In this document: in pieces, positions 44,660-53,626 of the stretch
How the letters are laid out: each line of letters begins with the position of its first letter
Position numbering within the stretch: the stretch's first letter is position 1
DNA from: Patescibacteria group bacterium
GTDB taxonomy: Bacteria; Patescibacteriota; Minisyncoccia; Phycocordibacterales; JACOZG01
Reading direction: 5' to 3'
NCBI GenBank assembly: GCA_038058475.1
Contig: JBBUAW010000004.1
Coordinates: 1 to 53,626 of the forward strand
Length of the DNA: 53,626 nucleotides
The notes under the pieces: model-generated
The model's input: only the letters and a program-made list of their open reading frames with translations
Told to the model about the DNA's origin: nothing
Databases searched by the model: none
Made by a program: the position numbers and the translations under genes

Positions 44660-45127
44660 ATGGAAGAAGATAAACATTACCTAACTCAAGAAAGGTATAA
44701 TCAACTGAAGGAGGAGTTGGAAAATTTGAAAACCGTTAAACGTCGGGAGATTGCCGACCGACTGGAATTCGCCAAGTCTCTGGGTGATTTGTCGGAGAAT
44801 GCCGAGTATCATGCCGCGCGCGAAGAACAAGCGGAGACGGAAGATCGGATCGGTAAACTAGAAGCGATTTTTAAGGTCTCGGAGATTATCGGCGAGCGTC
44901 GTTCGACGACGGTCGGCATTGGTTCAACTTTAACCATCAGCAAAAAAGGCCGCCATGAAGAAAATAAGTATCGGATTGTCGGACCGGAAGAAGTGGATTT
45001 GACCGCCGGCCAAATCTCTTATCTTTCGCCGCTTGGCGCCGGTTTAATGAATAAGAAAAAAGGAGATACGGTCACAGTGAAAACACCCAAAGGCGAAATT
45101 ATTTATCAAGTGATCAAGGTTTTTTAA
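44660..45127 (+). CDS. greA: Transcription elongation factor GreA
   Basis: GDLSENAEYHAAREEQ, ISYLSPLG. Confidence 0.96.
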   Translation: MEEDKHYLTQERYNQLKEELENLKTVKRREIADRLEFAKSLGDLSENAEYHAAREEQAETEDRIGKLEAIFKVSEIIGERRSTTVGIGSTLTISKKGRHEENKYRIVGPEEVDLTAGQISYLSPLGAGLMNKKKGDTVTVKTPKGEIIYQVIKVF

Positions 45128-46602
45128 TGGCTCAGTTTTCGGAATTAAAAAATGAACGATTGGCCAAAGTGTCCAAACTTCGGACGCAGTCAATTGAGCC
45201 TTATCCGATTGCCGTCACTATTGATTATTCGCTCGCTCAAGTCAAAAAATTATTTGCTAAATTGGAAAAAAAGCAGCGACCGTTATCTTTAGCCGGCCGC
45301 GTCGTCGGCCTGCGTCGACAAGGCCATTTGATTTTTGCCGATCTTAATGACGGCACCGATCGAATTCAAATTTTAATCAAACCGGAAGAAACAGGCGAAG
45401 AAGCTCTAATATTGTTTGAAACGGTTGTTGACCGAGGCGATTTTCTGGCCGTCACCGGAACGTTATTTCTGACGAAAACTAAAGAACCGACCGTGTTGGT
45501 GAAAACTTGGCAACCATTAGCTAAAAGTTTAAGACCGTTGCCGGATAAATGGCACGGTCTCGCGGATGTCGATGAACGTTTCCGTCGGCGTTATTTGGAC
45601 AGTTTATTTAATGAAGACGTGCGCGCGCGGTTTGTTCGGCGGTCGCTTATTATCCAATCTTTGCGTCGTTTTTTAGACGATCAGGAATATTTGGAAGTGG
45701 AAACACCAATACTACAATCTCTGCCGGGCGGGGCAAACGCCGTGCCTTTCAAAACTCATCATATCGCCCTCGATCTTGATCTTTACTTAAGAATCTCGCC
45801 GGAACTTTACTTGAAAAAAATGCTCATCGGCGGTTTTCCTAAAGTTTATGAATTATCCCGTTGTTTCCGAAACGAGGGGATTGATGTCACCCATAATCCG
45901 GAATTTACCATGCTGGAATTTTACGAAGCTTATAGTGATGCCGCCAAACAGCGCCAGCTGGTTGAACGTTTAATTAAACAATTGGCTAAAGAGTTCGGCC
46001 AGCAAATGACCTTTACTTATAATGGCGAAAAGATCGATTGTCATGGGCGTTTCCGTATCATTGATTATTTTGATTTATTTAAACAATATGCCTTGATTAT
46101 CAACCCGGCCGCCATTACCGACAAAGATTTGGCGCTGAAAGCCGCGCAATTTGGAGTTACTTTGCCAACCGGCGCGCCGCGAGAGAAAATTTTTGACTTG
46201 ATTTACAAAAAAGTTTGCCGGCCGAAATTAATCCAGCCGACTTTTATCGTTAATTATCCGAAAAATTATCTGCCGTTGGCTAAGGCTAAAACTGATCAGC
46301 CGGAATTTGTCGATGCCTTCCAATTAGTGATCGGCGGTTTAGAAATTGCCAAAGCTTTTTCCGAACTGAACGACCCATTGGAACAGCGCGCGCGGTTTGC
46401 CAATGAGGAAAAAAATAAACAAGCCGGCGATAACGAAGCTCAATTATTTGATGAAGATTATCTGGAGGCGCTGGAATACGGTTTGCCGCCGGCCGGCGGC
46501 GTCGGCATCGGCGTGGATCGTTTAGCGATGCTTTTAACTGACAACCAAAATATTCGCGAAGTGATTTATTTTCCGACTCTGCGCCCGAAACCAGCGGAGT
46601 AG
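45127..46602 (+). CDS. lysS: Lysine-tRNA ligase (class II)
   Basis: LPDKWHGL, RRRYLD, LRISPELYLK, FRNEG, HNPEFT, GIGVDRL. Confidence 0.97.
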   Translation: MAQFSELKNERLAKVSKLRTQSIEPYPIAVTIDYSLAQVKKLFAKLEKKQRPLSLAGRVVGLRRQGHLIFADLNDGTDRIQILIKPEETGEEALILFETVVDRGDFLAVTGTLFLTKTKEPTVLVKTWQPLAKSLRPLPDKWHGLADVDERFRRRYLDSLFNEDVRARFVRRSLIIQSLRRFLDDQEYLEVETPILQSLPGGANAVPFKTHHIALDLDLYLRISPELYLKKMLIGGFPKVYELSRCFRNEGIDVTHNPEFTMLEFYEAYSDAAKQRQLVERLIKQLAKEFGQQMTFTYNGEKIDCHGRFRIIDYFDLFKQYALIINPAAITDKDLALKAAQFGVTLPTGAPREKIFDLIYKKVCRPKLIQPTFIVNYPKNYLPLAKAKTDQPEFVDAFQLVIGGLEIAKAFSELNDPLEQRARFANEEKNKQAGDNEAQLFDEDYLEALEYGLPPAGGVGIGVDRLAMLLTDNQNIREVIYFPTLRPKPAE

Positions 46603-46634
46603 AAATAGAATAGGAAGAAATAACCAGGCAAGAA

Positions 46635-46663
46635 AAAAGAGACTCAAAATGTGAGTCTCTTTT
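46635..46663 (+). terminator. Intrinsic terminator after lysS
   Basis: AAAAGAGACTCA-AAATG-TGAGTCTCTTTT perfect stem. Confidence 0.8.
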
Positions 46664-46684
46664 GATTATTCCTACTAATGCTTA

Positions 46685-46693
46685 TGTGGATAA
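46685..46693 (-). promoter_or_regulatory. Consensus DnaA box upstream of mraZ
   Basis: TGTGGATAA = TTATCCACA; a one-mismatch copy AGTGGATAA lies at 46749-46757. Confidence 0.5.
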
Positions 46694-46770
46694 CATTTTA
46701 ATGTTTCCGAAAACCTTTAATTTATCGGGATCTTTTGGGTTGGTGAAAAGTGGATAACTTTTATTGGCGA

Positions 46771-46817
46771 AGTGGGGGAGAGTGGAATATAATCTAACCA
46801 CAGTGGGTAAAAGTGGG
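46771..46817 (+). promoter_or_regulatory. MraZ-binding direct repeats around the dcw promoter
   Basis: AGTGG(G) at 46771, 46781, 46802 and 46812 (two 10-nt-spaced pairs) flanking TATAAT. Confidence 0.75.
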
Positions 46818-46821
46818 TTTT

Positions 46822-47265
46822 ATGACCAATGTGTTAATCGGCGAATATCGACACGCGATTGATGATAAGAAACGCGTGGCGTTGCCAGCGCCTTTTCGCC
46901 GTTTGCTTGGTCGAAAAATTGTTTTGACGCGTGGCTTAGACACTTGTTTGTTTGTTTATCCGATAAAATCTTGGGGAGTGATTATGTCTAAATTAGCTCA
47001 ACTCACTCAAGGCCAAGCCGATACGCGCAGTTTCCTTCGCTTTTTATTGGCCGGCGCGATTGAAACTGAAGTTGATGCGATGGGGCGGATTTTGATTCCG
47101 GATTTTCTCAAAACTTTTGCTCAACTGAAAACCAAAGTGGTGATTGCCGGAGTTAATGACCGTCTGGAGATTTGGGATGAGGCGCGCTGGCAAGATGAGA
47201 CCAAAAAACTCGAACGTCAAGCCGATTTGTTGGCCGAGAAATTGGGCGAAGTTGGAGTTTTTTGA
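46822..47265 (+). CDS. mraZ: Transcriptional regulator MraZ
   Basis: GEYRHAIDDKKRV, DAMGRILIP, RLEIW. Confidence 0.95.
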   Translation: MTNVLIGEYRHAIDDKKRVALPAPFRRLLGRKIVLTRGLDTCLFVYPIKSWGVIMSKLAQLTQGQADTRSFLRFLLAGAIETEVDAMGRILIPDFLKTFAQLKTKVVIAGVNDRLEIWDEARWQDETKKLERQADLLAEKLGEVGVF

Positions 47266-47280
47266 GTTTCGCCTGACGAG

Positions 47281-48174
47281 ATGCATCAACCAGTTCTTTT
47301 ACAGTCAGTGATCGCCGGTTTAGATCTCCGACCCGGCTTGACCGTTGTTGACGGTACGATCAACGGTGGTGGTCACAGTATAGAAATCGCCAAGCAAATC
47401 ATCGGCGGCCATTTGATCGGGATTGACCAGGACGCGACGGCGATTGAAGTTGTCCGCGCGCGATTGATTCAAGTCCCCTGCCAAGTTACCCTGCGAATTG
47501 ATAATTTCCGCCGACTGGATCAAGTTTTATCCTCGCTTGGTTTGACGCAAATTGACCGTCTGTTTCTGGATCTGGGTTTTTCTTCAAACCAAATCCTCTC
47601 TTCCGGTCGCGGTTTCTCTTTTCAAACCGACGAACCGTTGCTGATGACCTACGAAGCTAAACCGTCGCCCGGGCGTCTGGCCGCTCGAGACATCGTCAAT
47701 CGTTGGACGGAAGAAGAACTCGCAACGGACTTTAAGAATTATGCCGACGAATCATTCGCTCGTCAGATTGCCCAAGCGATCGTTAAGACACGGCGAACCA
47801 CGCCAATCAACACCACCGGACAGTTAGTAGAAATAATCCGTCAAGCCGTGCCCCATTCGTATCGCGCGCCCGGTCGTCGCCGGCATTTTGCCACTAAAGT
47901 TTTTCAAGCTCTGCGCCTGATCGTCAATGATGAATTGCCCGCGTTGGCCGAAGGGTTGGCAAAAGGTTTTGCCAGTCTCGCCATCGGTGGCCGATTAGCC
48001 ATCATTACTTTCCATAGCGGCGAAGCCCGGATCGTCAAAAATTTTTTTCGGCACGCGAAAGACAACGGTGGCGGCCAAATTATCACTCGTCACGCCATCA
48101 AACCAACCTTTGAAGAAATTAAAATTAACCCCCGCGCTCGTAGCGCCACGCTTCGAATTATTCAAAAAAAATGA
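47281..48174 (+). CDS. rsmH: 16S rRNA m4C1402 methyltransferase
   Basis: MHQPVL, DGTINGGGHS, DLGFSS, FQALR, NPRARSA. Confidence 0.96.
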   Translation: MHQPVLLQSVIAGLDLRPGLTVVDGTINGGGHSIEIAKQIIGGHLIGIDQDATAIEVVRARLIQVPCQVTLRIDNFRRLDQVLSSLGLTQIDRLFLDLGFSSNQILSSGRGFSFQTDEPLLMTYEAKPSPGRLAARDIVNRWTEEELATDFKNYADESFARQIAQAIVKTRRTTPINTTGQLVEIIRQAVPHSYRAPGRRRHFATKVFQALRLIVNDELPALAEGLAKGFASLAIGGRLAIITFHSGEARIVKNFFRHAKDNGGGQIITRHAIKPTFEEIKINPRARSATLRIIQKK

Positions 48175-48497
48175 CCACTAAAAATTTTAAAATTGGACTT
48201 TCCCGCCAGAAATTATTTTGGTGGTTATTGATTTTTCTAATTTTTGTTTCGTTCAGTTATCTCTATTTAGTGAACGATTTGATTTTTAAAGCCGCCGCCC
48301 GCGAAAATTTACGGCGTCTCGGCGCGCAACTGACTTTGGACACTACCGAACTAGAAAATCAATATCTGACTTTAATGAAGACAATTAACCTGAAACAGGT
48401 CTACGCTTTAGGTTTTGAAGAAACCAATCCCGATGATGCCACTTTTGCCACAATTACCCTTCCTCATTTAGCGCTTGGTCTAACTGATAGACCTTAG
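48171..48497 (+). CDS. ftsL: Cell division protein FtsL-like
   Basis: TM plus coiled coil, between rsmH and ftsI. Confidence 0.65.
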   Translation: MTTKNFKIGLSRQKLFWWLLIFLIFVSFSYLYLVNDLIFKAAARENLRRLGAQLTLDTTELENQYLTLMKTINLKQVYALGFEETNPDDATFATITLPHLALGLTDRP

Positions 48498-50237
48498 ATG
48501 GCCTCGGCGGTTATGAAGAATAAATCATCGTCGCGGCTACAATTAATTACTGGTTTATTTGTTTTTATCGGTTTGGCCTTGGCCGCCAAACTTTTTTTTG
48601 TGCAAATCATCATCGGTGAAAATTATCGCCAGCAGGCCGAGCGCCAGCATCGGCAATCATTGGCCGGGCAAACTTTTAATCGCGGCTCAATTTTTTTTGA
48701 AGATAAAAATGGCGCTCTGGTTTCCGGCGCGACGCTTCAGGCGAATTTTATTTTAACCATTAATCCGACGCAAATCATTAAACCGCCGGAAACCTACAGT
48801 AAATTAAAAATGATCTGGCCGACATTGGTTGAAACCGAGTTCGCCAGCAAAGCCGCGCGCGCGGGGGATCCGTATGAAGAAATTGCCGGACAATTAACGG
48901 CCACGGCCACGGCGGCGGTCCGGGCGCTTAATTTGCCCGGCGTGCAAATTATTGAAGAACAATCCCGATCCTATCCCGGCGGACAACTCGCGGCTCAAAC
49001 CCTGGGTTTTATTGGCTATGATAGCACCGGAACCGCCAAAACCGGTCGCTACGGTCTAGAAAAACAATATAACGAATTCTTGAGTCGCGATAATGAATTA
49101 ACTTTTACCACTTTTCTTTCAAAATTATTTTCTACCACCGTTGATCCAAGCCAAGATTCGGCCACAACTCCTCGAGGCGATATTGTTTTGACCATTGAAC
49201 CAAAGGTTCAGCGTTTTTTAGAAGATCAGTTGTCGATAATTATGGAACACTGGCAGACGAAAACGGCCGGCGGCATTATTTTAGATCCCCGGACTGGCGC
49301 GATTTTTGCTTTGGCGGCGCAGCCGACGTTTGATCCCGGCCAAAAACAATCAGATTTATCATTGCTCATCAATCCTCTGATTGAACGGGTTTATGAAATG
49401 GGGTCGGTGTTAAAACCGCTGACACTGGCGGCCGGTCTGGACGCGGGGGTGATTGACGAGCAGACGGAATATTTTGATGCCGGACGAATTTCGATCAACG
49501 GTAAAACCATCAGCAACTACGACGGCCGGGCGCGCGGCCGTGTGCCGATTCAAGAAATTATCAACCAATCGCTCAATACCGGCGCCGTGTTTATTATGCA
49601 GAAATTGGGGCCGGAAAATTTTCAAAACTATTTCTTCAACCGGTTTAATTTGGGGCAAAAAACCGGCATTGATTTACCGGGCGAGTTAAAGGGTCTGACC
49701 GGTAATCTTTCAAGCTGGCGCGAAGTGGAATTTGCCACCGCTTCCTTCGGACAAGGCATTGCCCTCACGCCGCTTAATTTAACGTTGGCTCTATCCACTT
49801 TGGCCAACGACGGTTATCCGGTTAAACCGCAAATTATCAAACGTTTTCGTTACGAAACTGGTTTAATTAAAGACGTGCCGGCGGAAAAAGGGCCATCGGC
49901 GATTAAGGCCGAGACGGCGCGGCGGGTAACCGCCATGCTCGTCAAAACTGTGGACGAAGTGCTCGATGGCGGCCGGGCGCGGTTACCTCATTATCTCGTA
50001 GCCGCTAAAACCGGTACGGCGCAAGTGCCGCGAACCGATGGCCAAGGTTATGAATCGGACAAATTTCTCCATTCTTTCTTTGGTTATTTTCCGGCCAGCG
50101 CGCCGCGTTTCAGTGTTTTTCTGTATGTTCTGGAACCGGTCGGCGCCGCTTACGCGTCGCAAACTTTAACTACTCCCTTCAGCAACTTGGCCAAGTTTTT
50201 ACTCAGTTATTATCAGGTGCCCCCCGACCGTTTATAA
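48498..50237 (+). CDS. ftsI: Penicillin-binding protein 3 / FtsI
   Basis: RGSIF, YEMGSVLK (SxxK), SLN, KTGTAQ; dcw position. Confidence 0.9.
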   Translation: MASAVMKNKSSSRLQLITGLFVFIGLALAAKLFFVQIIIGENYRQQAERQHRQSLAGQTFNRGSIFFEDKNGALVSGATLQANFILTINPTQIIKPPETYSKLKMIWPTLVETEFASKAARAGDPYEEIAGQLTATATAAVRALNLPGVQIIEEQSRSYPGGQLAAQTLGFIGYDSTGTAKTGRYGLEKQYNEFLSRDNELTFTTFLSKLFSTTVDPSQDSATTPRGDIVLTIEPKVQRFLEDQLSIIMEHWQTKTAGGIILDPRTGAIFALAAQPTFDPGQKQSDLSLLINPLIERVYEMGSVLKPLTLAAGLDAGVIDEQTEYFDAGRISINGKTISNYDGRARGRVPIQEIINQSLNTGAVFIMQKLGPENFQNYFFNRFNLGQKTGIDLPGELKGLTGNLSSWREVEFATASFGQGIALTPLNLTLALSTLANDGYPVKPQIIKRFRYETGLIKDVPAEKGPSAIKAETARRVTAMLVKTVDEVLDGGRARLPHYLVAAKTGTAQVPRTDGQGYESDKFLHSFFGYFPASAPRFSVFLYVLEPVGAAYASQTLTTPFSNLAKFLLSYYQVPPDRL

Positions 50238-50251
50238 GCTAAGATTAACTT

Positions 50252-51571
50252 ATGATTAACTTAAAAAAAATATTCCGCGTCATCATCATTTATCTGCTTC
50301 AATTTGAAGCGCGGTTAATTCTTCAACGTTATCAACCGCGTTTAATCGGCATCACCGGTAATACCGGCAAGACCAGCGCTAAAGACGCCATTTACGCCGT
50401 CTTGGCCAAGTCGTTCAACGTTCGCGCCAGCGCCAAAAGTTTTAACAGTGAAATCGGCGTGCCGTTGTCCATCCTCGGCCGGCCGAACGCCTGGGGGCGG
50501 CCGTTCGGTTGGCTGAAAAATTTAATTGCCGGTTTGATTCTTTCAATCATCCGGCACAATTATCCGGCCTGGTTGGTGCTGGAAATCGGCGTTGACCGGC
50601 CGGCCGATTTGCAACGGCTGACGCGTTGGCTCAAATTGGAGGCCGCCGTCTTGACTAACTTGCCGGCCGTGCCAGTGCATTTGGAAGCTTTTTCTTCGGC
50701 AGAAGAATTGATCCGGGAAAAATTAATCTTGTTAATGATGGTTAAAAATAACGGGGTGATTGTTTTAAACGGCGATGACGAGCGAATTGCCGCCGCGCGG
50801 GAAGAATTACAAACTAATTTTAATCAGCGTCAATTGCGAGTTTTAACTTATGGTTTTAAAGACGGTAATGATCTTCGTCTTAGCAATGAACATCTTTATT
50901 ATGAAAACGGTCAACCCGCCGGATTGACTTTTAAAATTGATTATCAGGGGCATACGGTCCCTTTTCGTTTGGTGGGGTTAATCGGCCGACATCAACTTTA
51001 CGCGCCGGCCGCGGCGCTGGCCGTCGGCGCGGCTCTTAATCTCAATCTGGTGGAAATGGCGGAAGCGCTGACGGCTTATCAACCGCCGCCGGGACGGTTG
51101 CGGCTCTTGCGCGGTCTAAAAGACTCAATGATTTTAGATGATACTTACAATGCCTCGCCGGCGGCGATGACTGAAGCGTTGAATACCCTCAAAGAAATTA
51201 CCGCGTCGGGAAGAAAAATTGCTGTGCTCGGCGATATGTTGGAATTGGGTGAAAAAACTATTGAAGCCCACCGACAAATCGGTTTGGAAGCCGCTCTGGC
51301 GGCCGATTTAATTATTACCGTCGGTATCCGAGCTAAGTTTATCGCTGAAGCGGCCAGCCAAAAGGGTATCCATCCTGACAATCTTAAACATTTTGCCGCG
51401 GCCCAAGCGGCCGGCCGAGAATTGGAACAACTCTTAAGGCCGGGTGATCTGGTTCTCGTCAAAGGTTCGCAATCAATTAGATTGGAATGGGTTGTAGAAG
51501 AAATTATGGCTGAACCGGAACGAAAAGAAGAATGGCTCTGTCGACAGGAATCGGAGTGGCAGGCACGTTAA
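50252..51571 (+). CDS. murF: UDP-MurNAc-tripeptide:D-Ala-D-Ala ligase
   Basis: GITGNTGKTS, NSEIGVP, DDTYNASP, LGDMLELG, LVKGSQ. Confidence 0.93.
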   Translation: MINLKKIFRVIIIYLLQFEARLILQRYQPRLIGITGNTGKTSAKDAIYAVLAKSFNVRASAKSFNSEIGVPLSILGRPNAWGRPFGWLKNLIAGLILSIIRHNYPAWLVLEIGVDRPADLQRLTRWLKLEAAVLTNLPAVPVHLEAFSSAEELIREKLILLMMVKNNGVIVLNGDDERIAAAREELQTNFNQRQLRVLTYGFKDGNDLRLSNEHLYYENGQPAGLTFKIDYQGHTVPFRLVGLIGRHQLYAPAAALAVGAALNLNLVEMAEALTAYQPPPGRLRLLRGLKDSMILDDTYNASPAAMTEALNTLKEITASGRKIAVLGDMLELGEKTIEAHRQIGLEAALAADLIITVGIRAKFIAEAASQKGIHPDNLKHFAAAQAAGRELEQLLRPGDLVLVKGSQSIRLEWVVEEIMAEPERKEEWLCRQESEWQAR

Positions 51572-53595
51572 TTTTGTTCCAACACTTTTTCAATATCCCA
51601 AACTTCTTGACCAATATGTTGTTGAACGAAATCTAAATCTTTTAACAGTTGAGCTTCGCGGTGTTTTTCTGTCTCGGACAAATTTTCCCGCTTAATGAAT
51701 TTTAATTCGGCTTCAATATCGCGCCGCAAAACGGCAAAACCGCGGCGGATGGATTCCTCGGCTTCCCTAAGTTCTTTTTGAAAAAGTTTATGTTTTTTCC
51801 GGCCGTGATGAGCGTGATAAATGAGAAAACTTATCAGTCCCAATACCGTCATTGAAAGAATGACGGCAATAATCAAATAAAGCGCTTCATAACTTAAACG
51901 CGAGGCGCCAAATTGAATCGCGGTTTGCCGCACCGCCATTTGGATTTGCGAACTTGGCGGACTCATCACTTCTCCCAATCGGCCTTGCGTCCAAAGCAGA
52001 TAATTACCCGGCATTAGAAAAGTTTGATGGCGATAAAACCAATCTCTTTTTGAATCGGCAATCACTTTCGTGTTGAAAGTTTCGCCAGTTTGCAGATTTT
52101 GCATATAAATCATCACCGCCACTCCCGGACTGTCGGTTTTTCCGCCGATATAAAATATCTCTTCGTTTGATAAATCCCGAGAAACCGAGGAAACAAACGG
52201 CGGCGCTAATTGCACCAAGTCAATACTTTCGGCGAAAACTCGGTTGGTTGACAACCAAGATCCGATCAACACAATCAATAACAATAGTTGACCGTATTTT
52301 TGCCGATATTGTTTAAGTTCGGCTAATTTTGATTTAAGTTCATTCGGCAAATCTTTATTTTCTCGTCGCGCCGCAATTTGACGATGCCAATGATTGACCC
52401 GCCAAGCCCCAAATCCCAGGGCGATGATTAAAATCCCCGTTAGTATCCAAAACCAAAACCAAGGAATGATCCCAATCCGGTTGATTTTTACTCCCTGACC
52501 AGTGATAATTTCAAAAATCGGACTGACGACTTTTAATTGTTTGATGATCTCGTTGAAATTACCGGCTTGGTCGTAAGCACGCACAATGATGTCATAAGTT
52601 CCAAGACTAAAGTCAAAAATATAAGGGCTGACGACTTCAATAAAAAATGGCTCGCCCGGCTCGGTGGTCTGAACCAAGTCCGGAGTCAAATTAACAGCTT
52701 TTATCTCATAATGATCAAGACCGGACCGAGTATCCGTAGTCGCGAAAGAAACTAATTGACGCCGAGTAGAGGTGCGCGCGGCCGGAGAAATGTCAACGGG
52801 AAATTCTGCTGGCGGCGTGGTATCAATATTGATGGCAAAATGGGTGACGCCGCCCCAAACGCCGTCACGCAAAGATTTAATGTGAAAATAATTTATTCCG
52901 TCGGCCAGATTTTTATAAATTAAACTGGAATTATTTCCCTCGGAAATATCATCCGGGTTTTCTATCGGATCGTTGCTTAAAACATAACTGTATTGCTCAA
53001 CCGGATCCAAATTGGCCCAACGGAGAATAACGCTCTTTTTTGAATACCACAGAGTTTGATCCGAATGGGTTTCCGAAGAAACAATCGGCCCGGCCGGCGG
53101 CGGCAGAATAAATTTATAAACACCATTTTGGACATCGCTTAAAACGGCCGTGCCGCGGCCATCATGCGCCAAGACTTGCGAATCATCGGAAAATTTAACC
53201 AACACCGGATTACCCACCTGTTTGATGCGAAAAGTCAGAGCCGTAATCAACCCACGATTAACATTGATTCCTCCCGGAATACCGCCGCTCAGACGGATGG
53301 TGCCACTTTGATTATTAAATATCGGTTGGGCGGTCCAAACACTAACGACTGATTGGCCAGTGGTTGGGGACACTAATTGAAGCTTATCGGGCGGGAAAGA
53401 GATGGTCGCATTTACAGTATTGACGGTCTGTCCCTCGGTGTCTAAAAAAACGCCAACTTCAAAAGTTCCGCCGACGGCAAAAGTGCCGCTCGCCGGAGAT
53501 AAAAGCAATCTGGCGGCTTGGACGGTCTCCGGCGCGATCGTCCACAACAAAAATAATAAAGCGCCGCCGGTTAAGATTTTTCTAATCGCTGGCAT
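51568..53595 (-). CDS. Cohesin-domain / Ig-like membrane-anchored surface protein
   Basis: Signal peptide; SPASGTFAVGGTFEVGVFLD...FPPDKLQL cohesin-like N-terminus; DTTPP, SGLDHYE and RAYDQAGN Ig-like motifs; three TMs. Confidence 0.8.
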   Translation of the reverse strand: MPAIRKILTGGALLFLLWTIAPETVQAARLLLSPASGTFAVGGTFEVGVFLDTEGQTVNTVNATISFPPDKLQLVSPTTGQSVVSVWTAQPIFNNQSGTIRLSGGIPGGINVNRGLITALTFRIKQVGNPVLVKFSDDSQVLAHDGRGTAVLSDVQNGVYKFILPPPAGPIVSSETHSDQTLWYSKKSVILRWANLDPVEQYSYVLSNDPIENPDDISEGNNSSLIYKNLADGINYFHIKSLRDGVWGGVTHFAINIDTTPPAEFPVDISPAARTSTRRQLVSFATTDTRSGLDHYEIKAVNLTPDLVQTTEPGEPFFIEVVSPYIFDFSLGTYDIIVRAYDQAGNFNEIIKQLKVVSPIFEIITGQGVKINRIGIIPWFWFWILTGILIIALGFGAWRVNHWHRQIAARRENKDLPNELKSKLAELKQYRQKYGQLLLLIVLIGSWLSTNRVFAESIDLVQLAPPFVSSVSRDLSNEEIFYIGGKTDSPGVAVMIYMQNLQTGETFNTKVIADSKRDWFYRHQTFLMPGNYLLWTQGRLGEVMSPPSSQIQMAVRQTAIQFGASRLSYEALYLIIAVILSMTVLGLISFLIYHAHHGRKKHKLFQKELREAEESIRRGFAVLRRDIEAELKFIKRENLSETEKHREAQLLKDLDFVQQHIGQEVWDIEKVLEQN

Positions 53596-53626
53596 TTTCT
53601 AAGTAAAATTATACCACCCAGAATAA

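Noticed and set aside
46600-46820. Replication origin
   Set aside because: Only two DnaA boxes, no dnaA/dnaN nearby, and the region is explained as a terminator plus the dcw promoter.
2079-53602. Numerous 60-170 aa antisense or out-of-frame ORFs inside recognised genes
   Set aside because: They lie within well-supported CDSs and show no motifs or independent expression signals.

Overview
Chromosomal window from a bacterium with a small, compact genome. Gene content and order (two mreB paralogues, short ProS, N-terminally shortened MurF, degenerate PriA, many leaderless genes, small dispersed palindromes) point to Patescibacteria/Parcubacteria (CPR); this is an inference. (1) 0.6-14 kb is a fermentation/redox cluster: GH15 hydrolase, a 25-aa Cys/His peptide missed by the ORF track, ferredoxin, FAD/NAD oxidoreductase, ADP-forming acetate-CoA ligase, 2-oxoacid:ferredoxin oxidoreductase alpha/beta and a two-subunit group-3-like [NiFe]-hydrogenase. 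A convergent iscS-iscU(BFD)-DUF6390-like-protease-EamA operon follows, with no hypA-F genes in the window. (2) 14.3-24.9 kb is a visibly AT-richer accessory island next to tRNA-Asn. It holds co-oriented small genes, a Panacea-type toxin-antitoxin pair, gene relics and a hyaluronan-synthase-like polysaccharide operon, punctuated by a family of AGGRTAGYCCT palindromes. (3) 25-34.8 kb has hpf, fmt/def, priA, a WxL-like surface protein cluster and an orphan structured RNA candidate. (4) 34.9-53.6 kb is housekeeping: murA, mreB, holB, frr, rseP, proS, mreBC(D)-mrdA, greA, lysS, mraZ-rsmH-ftsL-ftsI-murF and a cohesin-domain surface protein. All family calls come from motif recognition; no database search was run.
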